The notes beneath the pieces were generated by a model. The model did no database searches. It had not been told where the DNA came from and saw only the letters and a list, made by a program, of their open reading frames with translations. A stretch of 10,950 bases of DNA from Amoeboradix gromovi X-113 (Eukaryota > Fungi > Sanchytriomycota): NCBI GenBank assembly GCA_018985225.1, contig JADGIF010000323.1, positions 1-10,950 on the forward strand. The letters run 5' to 3'. The position numbers were made by a program, and so were the translations under genes. How positions within the stretch are numbered: the first letter of the stretch is position 1; the number at the start of each line of letters is the position of its first letter. Positions 1 to 7,452 of the stretch are shown here, in pieces.

Positions 1-2
1 AT

Positions 3-233
3 GATGTTAGTATAACATTACAAAATGACTCTAGAAAAGAGTACCGTCTAAGAAAATGCACCTTTTGCTTAGATGTTCAAAGACCTCATATATTTGAACG
101 AGATGCAGGGTCTTCTAGTTTTATTTTAAAAAGAGGAATACAATCAATGAAAGAAAATTGGAATAATAGAAGATCTTTTATAAATGATAGCATTTCTTCC
201 GTATGGAGCGCCTTCAAAAAAGAGTTAGTCTAG
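3..233 (+). CDS. 5'-truncated ORF; C-terminus of a putative Fanzor1/TnpB-like RNA-guided nuclease (zinc-finger half + RuvC-III)
   Basis: Not in the ORF track. Frame 3 is open from the window edge to TAG at 231-233: DVSITLQNDSRKEYRLRKCTFCLDVQRPHIFERDAGSSSFILKRGIQSMKENWNNRRSFINDSISSVWSAFKKELV*. R-L-x-x-CxxC (57-68) followed by F-E-R-D (RD at 99-104) and xxSSxxI resembles the Fanzor/TnpB C-terminal 'CxxC...RDxNAAxNI' pattern, but the NAAxN part is divergent. RuvC-I/II would lie outside the window. Confidence 0.55.
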   Translation, partial: DVSITLQNDSRKEYRLRKCTFCLDVQRPHIFERDAGSSSFILKRGIQSMKENWNNRRSFINDSISSVWSAFKKELV

Positions 234-246
234 TTTTTATATTTGG

Positions 247-339
247 TGTCTCAACTGTAGAATATGATAAAAACGTAGGCTATCTTTTAGCTTGAGACAA
301 CAGCTTCATGGCCAACTATCGATAACTAGTTGACATAGC
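247..339 (+). ncRNA. Candidate structured RNA (omegaRNA-like) downstream of the Fanzor-like ORF
   Basis: Perfect 8-bp stem TGTCTCAA (247-254)/TTGAGACA (292-299) enclosing GCTA (279-282)/TAGC (288-291). Second, interrupted hairpin GCT..ATG..CAACTA (303-318)/TAGTTG.CAT.AGC (327-339). The position just 3' of the stop codon is where TnpB/Fanzor scaffolds are encoded. Confidence 0.4.
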
Positions 340-422
340 ATAAAACTCCATATTCTCTGGTGCATTATCTTTGGATACTCGTTTTCCTTTACTCTGGATT
401 ATCAAATTGACTTCTCCTTGAA

Positions 423-2186
423 ATGGAAATCAACCATCTCCAAAATTGGAAAGAACACTTGAAATCATTAGAAGACAACAACGAAATAGAAAACTGGCTA
501 TTGGAAAATCCTTTAAGAATACCTTTCCATTTATTTTCCCAGTTATTGAAATGGAATTTGAAAAAATACATCACAAAACCAGTTCTGAGTAAACTGATTG
601 AATATCCACCGTTACTAAAAACGTGCCTGTTCCATGGCATAGATCCTAACTTATTAGAGAATGTAGCTACGGATGACTTTATAACGAAAATGGTGAACTT
701 CTTTAAAGAATTGCATTTGCACCTTCATGACTCTGACAGTAATAACAAAACTTTAGTTGTAAGGCTAGCGGAGCGTGGAACTGAGAAGGACTGTTTGTTT
801 TTAAGGTCTTTAATAGAAAGAATGGATATTGATGATTCTTTGCTGATAAACGCAGATGAGGACGGATTTGTTCCACTGCATACTGCCGTACTTAAGCAAA
901 ATGTCAACATGGTTCGCGAATTTGTTCGGTATTCGGTGGATTTGAATACCCCTGACTCAAATGGCAGCACAGCGCTTCATTTAGCTTGCTTGCTTGGCAA
1001 TCGTGAAATTGTTGATTTATTGGTGGATGCTAAGGCTGACATGTTTATTAAGGATTACGAGGGTAACACTCCTGCTGACATTGCTACCGAGAATTGTAGA
1101 TCTGCTGTATCATCGGATCCTTATGAAAAATGGTATGGTAAAAAATCAGGAATGTCTAGAGAAGAACGGAAGCTGTTAATGTACGAAAAACGATTCGCTG
1201 AAATGAATGGATCTCAAATAGATGAAGATGGTGGTGATGATACCGAAGAAGAAACTGTTCCAGCGGAATCCGAAAAACAGCAGTTGAAAGGCGGTTATCG
1301 TAAGAAAAAGGCTGGAAGAAGGATAAGCGTATCCTCGATTGAAGTTAGCAAGGCGACTAGAAAGATCAAAAGTGACTACCCGCATTCTGCTCCGTCACAA
1401 GCAGAAGAAGTTGAGTTGAAACGTAAAAGGTCTAGAGATGAGCCTCAAACTGAAGTAACATTAAAGCGCATTAAACTGGATGACCCTGCAGATAAAATTA
1501 CCCAAGTCTTTACCACAAGCTCAGATGCAAACCCATCTACTCATAACTCACCAAAAAAGGAGATGATTCCTATTTCAACCCAAACGGTTGGATTCATAAA
1601 GAACTCTTATACTCAAACTTTCCTAGATAGTGGAGATATAGCAACACAATGCGACTTTGGTGGTAAGATACCTGAATCATCAATTTATCCTATTTTTACA
1701 TTTAATCTCCCTATGAACAATTCAATGCTGTTAACTTCTAGGCAAGCGAAATCAGTATTCGAAATATTCGCGATAAAGTATGACAACGCACTGTTTACAA
1801 AATTCGTCAGCTCAGAATTAGAGCTGCTTCAATCTCATCTTCAGCTGCAGCAATTGGCAGCAAATGAATCCATGTACATGTCCGTAGTGGCATTCAAGGA
1901 CATGATAGCGGGACAAGTTGGTGTAGCCGAGCAATTACTATTTATCCCGTGCGATTTAAAGATAGTGGAGAGTGAGATAGAAGATAACACAGTCAAGATG
2001 CCTCTTGATATGAGTCCGTTCGAATTAATAAAAAATGCTAGAGCGAACATTAGAACTGGAAAAGAAGCTATAAAGAAACTGCTTGGAGTAACCCAACCAG
2101 AAGATTTAAAGAGTTACAAGCAAGTTAGCAAGATGCCGTCGAGATTAGCTTTTAAGTTGCTTTTCACTAAAACTAAACTTCAGTAA
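423..2186 (+). CDS. Ankyrin-repeat protein (587 aa) with central acidic/basic low-complexity region
   Basis: Ankyrin consensus: DGFVPLHTAVLKQNVNMVREFV, NGSTALHLACLLGNREIVDLLVDAKAD, EGNTPADIA (about nt 860-1085). Long uninterrupted ORF. Basic clusters RKKKAGRR, KRKRSR, KRIK. Confidence 0.85.
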   Translation: MEINHLQNWKEHLKSLEDNNEIENWLLENPLRIPFHLFSQLLKWNLKKYITKPVLSKLIEYPPLLKTCLFHGIDPNLLENVATDDFITKMVNFFKELHLHLHDSDSNNKTLVVRLAERGTEKDCLFLRSLIERMDIDDSLLINADEDGFVPLHTAVLKQNVNMVREFVRYSVDLNTPDSNGSTALHLACLLGNREIVDLLVDAKADMFIKDYEGNTPADIATENCRSAVSSDPYEKWYGKKSGMSREERKLLMYEKRFAEMNGSQIDEDGGDDTEEETVPAESEKQQLKGGYRKKKAGRRISVSSIEVSKATRKIKSDYPHSAPSQAEEVELKRKRSRDEPQTEVTLKRIKLDDPADKITQVFTTSSDANPSTHNSPKKEMIPISTQTVGFIKNSYTQTFLDSGDIATQCDFGGKIPESSIYPIFTFNLPMNNSMLLTSRQAKSVFEIFAIKYDNALFTKFVSSELELLQSHLQLQQLAANESMYMSVVAFKDMIAGQVGVAEQLLFIPCDLKIVESEIEDNTVKMPLDMSPFELIKNARANIRTGKEAIKKLLGVTQPEDLKSYKQVSKMPSRLAFKLLFTKTKLQ

Positions 2187-2231
2187 AACGCAACCACTTT
2201 TCAATAAAAACAAGCTTCAGTGAATCATGAT

Positions 2232-3173
2232 TTATTCAAATAACCCAAATCCCATATCATCATCAGACTCCTCTGCAGACTCTTCTTTAGCTTCCTCTTT
2301 TGCAGCACCCTTCTTAGGAGACGAAGAGGTAGCAGCAGCTTGGGCAGCAGCTAATAATAATAACTCTGGGTTTGCTAAGATTTCCTTCAATTTAGCAGAT
2401 TCCTCAAAGTTGATTTCTGTGGCCAAAGACACATTCAAAAGGTCTTTGAACGCATTCAACAATATGTGCGGTACAGATGCAACCGACGGCACATTAGCAC
2501 CCAATGCTAAACCAGCAATGTCAGCAATAGAATCTTTCATTGATTTCATAATTTCCTCGTCAGTAATATCTAAGATCTCTGGAGTGAAGATTTGACCCTT
2601 GTCAAAGATGTGAGAAACATTCAAACCATAAGTAAACGGAGAAATGTTCAACATGTTTAGTAAAGCAGCCTCAGAAGGTCCAACTTTGTTTCCAGCCTGC
2701 AAAATCTCAACATCTTGTACAATTTCAATAGTACCTCTTGTAATCTTAGTAGGAATACCCAATGCCTGAAAAAAACTAGTTTTACCAGGCTCCATACCAG
2801 TATTAGCGGCAGGAACAACTACAGAAATAGGAGCGATTCCACCAGCCTTTGCCGGAGCTTGAATTCTATCTTCAACCAATCCTTTGCGAATGCTGACAAG
2901 ATCCGGATCATTTGTAAATACTAAACCAATGTTACCGACTAAGTACTCTAGTAAAGGCTCCAATTCTTTACGTACTACTGAGATCTCTTTAATACACTTT
3001 CGAATTTGTGTGTTCTTACCCATCAGTAATGTAGCTTTTCCTCTCAATTTTTGTCTAATCAAGTGAATTGCGTTTGATCCAACATTATCAACATTGATCA
3101 AAAAAACAGTTTTGAACTCGGACATATACTTTTCTAACTTTGCAAAATATTCTTCTTTACGTACCCTTGACAT
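2232..3173 (-). CDS. RPP0: 60S acidic ribosomal protein P0 (uL10), 313 aa
   Basis: Motifs NVDNVGS, LMGKNT, GNIGLVFTN, TGMEPGKTSFFQALGIPTKITRGTIEI, LLNMLNISPFTYGL, an Ala-rich hinge and the P-protein tail EESDDDMGFGLFE. Start moved from the track's GTG at 3269 to ATG at 3173 (MSRVRKEEYFAKL), which matches the normal P0 N-terminus and length. Confidence 0.97.
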   Translation of the reverse strand: MSRVRKEEYFAKLEKYMSEFKTVFLINVDNVGSNAIHLIRQKLRGKATLLMGKNTQIRKCIKEISVVRKELEPLLEYLVGNIGLVFTNDPDLVSIRKGLVEDRIQAPAKAGGIAPISVVVPAANTGMEPGKTSFFQALGIPTKITRGTIEIVQDVEILQAGNKVGPSEAALLNMLNISPFTYGLNVSHIFDKGQIFTPEILDITDEEIMKSMKDSIADIAGLALGANVPSVASVPHILLNAFKDLLNVSLATEINFEESAKLKEILANPELLLLAAAQAAATSSSPKKGAAKEEAKEESAEESDDDMGFGLFE

Positions 3174-3285
3174 CTTGTGCTCAAAGAATTTAACGTCTAG
3201 CTCGCAGGTAGAGAAAACAAGTTTTTGTACTAACACGTGAATAGTTGCAAGTTCCTTGAAACATATCACCGTTATACAATTGTTA

Positions 3286-3407
3286 GGTCATCTCCTCGTT
3301 AAAATTTCTGATTTCCGAGAAAATCGAGAATTTCCACAGAGAAACTAGCAGTGCTAATAAATCTGTTACAGTGATCGCTCACGCTTTCACTACCCTGAGG
3401 CGGGATT
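3286..3407 (-). ncRNA. Putative omegaRNA (fRNA) scaffold, copy A, overlapping the 3' end of the Fanzor ORF
   Basis: RNA sense: CCC-GCCUCA-GGG hairpin; UAGUGA/UCACUG stem capped by GC-GUGA-GC (GNRA loop, 3377-3384); ACAGA/UCUGU stem enclosing UAGC/GCUA; terminal GAUUU/AAAUC hairpin; 3' GAGGAG (3297-3292). Collinear homologue at 7563-7682. Confidence 0.65.
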
Positions 3408-3720
3408 AAATAAGGATGCAGATACTTGATGTATATGTTCCTTGCAGCCATATGGTCTCCATCTATCTCCAAATTACAATTGGTAGAGGTGTAAGTTTCT
3501 GAGTTGGTTTTCTTTAGAGTACCACACCTTGTAAATGTCCGACTAGTAAATGATTCATTACATTCGAGTATAGTCCTTCCTCTTTGTTTACACTTGAACT
3601 TCAAGCGTTCCTTGAATGCGTAATGGGACATTGTAGCCATATTTCTTGCGACTTGCTCGACAAGCTACTTATGATTTGACTAGTATTAGACGATGGCAAG
3701 TATATTAGATCATTTGTATT
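3286..3720 (-). pseudogene. Degenerate Fanzor2 (IS607-TnpB-derived) nuclease relic with element right end (copy A)
   Basis: ORF 3640-3299: SHYAFKERLKFKCKQRGRTILECNESFTSRT(F)TRCG...YT(S)TNCNLEID(G)DHMAARNI matches the TnpB/Fanzor2 'SHYxFxxRL...NEAYTSKTCxxCG...CxxC..IDRDxNAARNI' pattern. Upstream, across a 1-nt frameshift at ~3652-3654, the sequence reads NDLIYLPSSNTSQIISSLSSK/VARNMATMSHY, the RuvC-II strand with Pro. No RuvC-I or N-terminal half is recognisable. Confidence 0.85.
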
Positions 3721-3979
3721 TGTATACTGTAACTGTTATTTCTTTAGATTTGACATATCCGGGATTACATCCATTAATTCCATTTACAATTCGTGAAAAG
3801 GAAGAGTATCGAGCACTTAAGCTGTTAGAAAAGTCTTGAAATTGTACAAAAATACATACAAATTCGCGATAAATGATTTATTCAAGAAAACAATCGAGCT
3901 GCTACTTACACCCTCCGTTCTTCGTGCTTTATCTCTTTACCATTCTTAACGGCTCAACCACAGCATTTACAGCAATAGC

Positions 3980-4212
3980 ACACTGACAGTGCATGCATCT
4001 CATGCTCTAAAGTACAGATCTGCGGAATGCCATATAACGCAATAAATGATTCTTCTAGGCTTTGGAAGTTACTACTGAAATAAAGTCTGAAACTGATCAG
4101 TCGATTCGGATAGCTGTTCAAATTGATATGCAAAATCCCTGCTATGAATGAATCATTACATTTAAGTCTCTTTCCGCATTACAGCTTTTCCTACTGTTGC
4201 AAAAGCACCTTT
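3980..4212 (-). pseudogene. Probable heavily decayed protein kinase pseudogene
   Basis: Kinase-like motifs in the correct order on the minus strand: KGAFATVGKAV (from 4212; Gly loop), FIH(S)RDFA (~4152-4129; catalytic loop, same frame), then after a frameshift VSDF(I)S (4093), LRYMA (4042-4028) and SVL*SMRCMHCQC (~4018-3980; cf. SDxWSxGCxLYE). Multiple stops and internal deletions. Confidence 0.45.
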
Positions 4213-4421
4213 GAAACTCTTCTATTTTTATCGCTGTATTAGCACCAGAAATAAATATGTATACATTGATGTTGCCGCTGTTAATCAGCTAAAATTGTTT
4301 GACTTGTAACGCTCTAGCTTCACTTTCAACGCAACCTCAAGGATTCAGCTTCAAATCTAGTAACTCGCAAAGTACGCTGCTTAAAAGAAGATTTCGTTGT
4401 TATAATCGCAAGTCTTATTTA

Positions 4422-7181
4422 TTAAACAATTAAAGCAAGAGCAGAGTCAAGCAATGCCTTGAAGTCTTTTCGAATTTCCAAAATCTTTTTTTCAGTCTTC
4501 TTGGCAGAGAGCTCCCATTCTTCTTGCTGACTCTGATACTTTAAATTTAAATAAGCCAATGCAAATATGCTAACAACTATGTCATCTTCCAAGTCAACAT
4601 TCAAAGCTCTTTTTAATTCTCCAATATTTTGATATATTTTATTTCCAATGATGCTAACAAATTCATCTTCCGTATCATATAAACCGTTGAATTTTTGATA
4701 TTTTAGAAAATCCAACAAACTCAATTCTGCAGCCCCCTTTGGAGTGCTCGATAACTCGGGTTTTCTTAAATCCAAATCGCAATCTTCTTCTTTTACGTTA
4801 ACCTCTCTTTCTAACTGAATTGGTGCTTGGCTAAAATCTGAATTTTCATAGTCTTTTGATAAAGATTTAGCAGCTTTTGGTGCTGGAATAGCACTCTTTT
4901 TAGAAGGAATAAATGAGGTCTTAGATTTCCTACTTGCCCTCTCTTCTGTTGGTAAATTCACTTCTGCACATGCAGAACTGTCAAGTGATAAACCACACAT
5001 TTGCATCTGAGGTGCTTCCATTGACATCATTGGTTGAGGCTGGTAGTATCCTGCTGGTGGTGCCATTGACATCATTGCTTGAGGCTGGTAGTTTCCTGCT
5101 GCTGGTGGTGCCATTGACATCATTGCTTGAGGCTGGTAGTATCCTGCTGGTGGTGGTGCCATTGACATCATTGGTTGAGGCTGGTAGTTTCCCAGTGGTT
5201 GTATTGGGGAGGGTGCGTAGAGTTGCTGTCTATCTTGAGGCACAGGCATCTGAACAGTACTGGTAATCATCTTTCCTTTGACTTTAGAGCCAAATACAAG
5301 CACCCACGATGTTTTCTTACTAGATATATTGAAATTCAGCAAGCTTTGAGTCACAAAGCCATCTGAGTTGCTTGTGTTAAACACCGATTGAACTAATGGA
5401 GAAATAGTATTTAATAGAGAATGCTCATCATAGAGCCTCTTTAAAGCTAGGGAATGCATTAGTTTGCCTTTAATTTCAAGCGGTTTAATAGGTACTTTTA
5501 GTTCAATTGGGCCATCTGGAGTTTTGCCTTTGATGATAACAAACGTCGGCAATTCTTCGTTTTCTTTTAATAGCACTTGCAACAGTACGCGCTTACAAGG
5601 ATGAATGGCCAGCAATTGAGTAGGCAAGACAAATCTACTAATTATTTTGTCTGCAGTCAACTTGGCTGATTTGTTAAAGAAGCTCAAAATTCCAGTCTTT
5701 TCAGCTAGGCTAGATTTAGACTTTGAAGCAGTATCGCTTGATACCCACTCAACCGATAAATCGTCTATGCTAGGCATCAACGCTCGTTTTAATAATCCGA
5801 TGCATTTCTTTTCCATTCTTTCGCCTTCAATAACAAACTCACTGGTTCCTTGGCCTGCCGTGGCTAAGCCGTTCACCAAAGCTGTACTTACACCCGAACC
5901 AATTCCCATTGTATAAATGCGAGCACGCTCCAAATAATTAGTTTTAGTAGTAGCTTGTCTAGCTACATTCAAACACTCATCCGCGTTACTAACAGAACCA
6001 TCTGTCAAAATGAAGAGTTGTCTTTTATACCCATTAATTTTAGTTGAATTTAAAATAAACTTTAATGGTTGATATATCTCAGTACCACCTAGATCTGCAT
6101 TCAGTGCAGCAGTGCACATTTCTGCCTGTTTTAAAGTGGATTCAGAATACTTTTGGCTAGCAGGGAACAAAGAAACATGACTGCTTCCAAATCTGATTAT
6201 GTTGAAATACGCATTCTCGGGAATTGATTTAAGAAAAACAGACATGGCATCTCTTACAAGCGAAATAGGTTGACCTTGCATGCTACCACTCTCATCAATA
6301 AGAAATATTAACTCGCTCGGGATCTCTTTTAATTTAAATTGAGGAACAAAAAACATTGAAAGACAAGAGCTATTAGCAGGAGTAAGCGCAACATCGCACA
6401 AAGATTTTTGGTCAGTTTTGGCCAATAGTTCATTAGTAATATCTTTGCTCTTTTTTAGTTCCGATGGGACACTAACCCATTCATCATCGATGATGGCAGG
6501 ATTACCAGCGTATTTTTCCAAATAGAATACTGGATCATCAATAGATTCGCATTCTACAATAACACTGAAATCTTTTGTAGTTTTTAAGGAACCAACTATT
6601 GTAGCAGTTTTTTTGCTGATTGTCTTAGATAACTCTTGGGAACCAGCATCGATATTATTAATATTGGAAGTCATCTCAAGAGTCATTGATAGTTCTATCT
6701 TGTAGGAAGCGGAAGTAGTGAATTCTGGATTGACACTATTTTCCTCGATGTTTCCGGCACTCGTAAAAGCTATGTAACGTGGAACCATTGTCACCGGGTA
6801 GCTAAAGCGGACATTGTTAGCATCTACTTCATTGGTTAGATCCTGTACAAATTGGATTCTAACTGTGGCAGTTGCATTAGGAGGTAGCCGACCAAGGCTC
6901 ATTTCAAACATATCTGCAGCAGTTTGATGCAAAACAGCAGCAGTATTTCCCTGAGTCATAGCGTCGTCATAGACTTGTTTAGCGGACTCCTTAGTGACCA
7001 GCCTACCTATAACTAGTTCATTGTTAACATTAGCTTCAAACCCAGTGACAGCAATATTATCATTCACAGGAAACTTGTAATTGCATTCCATAGCAGTGTC
7101 ACTTGGATTCTTGAAGTGTTGTTCAACAACAACGCTAGCTACAGAGTCGATGATCTTGACGAACAATTTTAAACTTTGCAT
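4422..7181 (-). CDS. VIT + von Willebrand factor A domain protein (VWA5A/BCSC-1-like), 919 aa
   Basis: N-terminal VIT domain (VEQHFKNP..MECNYKFPV..AVTGFEA..KESAKQVYDDA..FEMSLGRLPP). vWA with MIDAS motif FLIDESGSM, ADLGGTEI, FILTDG, IYTMGIGSG. C-terminal QKFNGLY...EEWELSAKK segment typical of the family. Confidence 0.92.
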   Translation of the reverse strand: MQSLKLFVKIIDSVASVVVEQHFKNPSDTAMECNYKFPVNDNIAVTGFEANVNNELVIGRLVTKESAKQVYDDAMTQGNTAAVLHQTAADMFEMSLGRLPPNATATVRIQFVQDLTNEVDANNVRFSYPVTMVPRYIAFTSAGNIEENSVNPEFTTSASYKIELSMTLEMTSNINNIDAGSQELSKTISKKTATIVGSLKTTKDFSVIVECESIDDPVFYLEKYAGNPAIIDDEWVSVPSELKKSKDITNELLAKTDQKSLCDVALTPANSSCLSMFFVPQFKLKEIPSELIFLIDESGSMQGQPISLVRDAMSVFLKSIPENAYFNIIRFGSSHVSLFPASQKYSESTLKQAEMCTAALNADLGGTEIYQPLKFILNSTKINGYKRQLFILTDGSVSNADECLNVARQATTKTNYLERARIYTMGIGSGVSTALVNGLATAGQGTSEFVIEGERMEKKCIGLLKRALMPSIDDLSVEWVSSDTASKSKSSLAEKTGILSFFNKSAKLTADKIISRFVLPTQLLAIHPCKRVLLQVLLKENEELPTFVIIKGKTPDGPIELKVPIKPLEIKGKLMHSLALKRLYDEHSLLNTISPLVQSVFNTSNSDGFVTQSLLNFNISSKKTSWVLVFGSKVKGKMITSTVQMPVPQDRQQLYAPSPIQPLGNYQPQPMMSMAPPPAGYYQPQAMMSMAPPAAGNYQPQAMMSMAPPAGYYQPQPMMSMEAPQMQMCGLSLDSSACAEVNLPTEERASRKSKTSFIPSKKSAIPAPKAAKSLSKDYENSDFSQAPIQLEREVNVKEEDCDLDLRKPELSSTPKGAAELSLLDFLKYQKFNGLYDTEDEFVSIIGNKIYQNIGELKRALNVDLEDDIVVSIFALAYLNLKYQSQQEEWELSAKKTEKKILEIRKDFKALLDSALALIV
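5018..5192. repeat. Coding tandem repeat, ~3.7 units of 45-48 bp, inside the VIT-vWA gene
   Basis: Units start CCATTGACATCATTG at 5018, 5063, 5111 and 5159. They encode G(N/Y)YQPQ(P/A)MMSMAPP(P/A)A and differ by in-frame 3-bp indels. Confidence 0.95.
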
Positions 7182-7452
7182 ACTTAATGTTTCACGTTCA
7201 GCCAGTCATCGGTTTTGATTAAAAAATCACTAATTGTGATTACATGAATTGCATTACTTAAAAACTTTCTTTTCTAGAGCTTTTTAATTGTGTGAAAACT
7301 CTATTCCTTCTTTTTATCATATACATTGCTTCCAACTTACCACTGCTAGAACATGCCAGACATAAAGAGGTCACCAGTAGAGTCAGAATTCGCGCTTCTA
7401 CATTCAATAAATGGTCCAAAAATGAAATCAGTTTTCAAAGAAAGACATTAAT

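Noticed and set aside
389-3066. Short ORFs 389-640, 725-970, 994-1179, 1176-1385, 1841-2050, 2227-2595, 2715-2924, 2884-3066
   Set aside because: Antisense or alternate-frame shadows of the ankyrin and P0 genes with no recognisable motifs.
3174-3269. 32-aa N-terminal extension of P0 given by the ORF track
   Set aside because: It starts at GTG, has no P0 similarity, and eukaryotic P0 begins at the position equivalent to ATG 3173.
3299-3640. Treating the 113-aa ORF as a functional mini-nuclease
   Set aside because: It lacks RuvC-I and the N-terminal lobes, two zinc ligands are mutated, and homology continues upstream across a frameshift.
5018-5192. CRISPR-like appearance of the regularly spaced repeats
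   Set aside because: No unique spacers, unit lengths are multiples of 3, and the array lies in frame inside a eukaryotic CDS.
7182-7211. Alternative upstream start (ATG ACT GGC) for the VIT-vWA gene
   Set aside because: Out of frame and followed by TGA, with no credible intron; cannot be resolved without transcripts.
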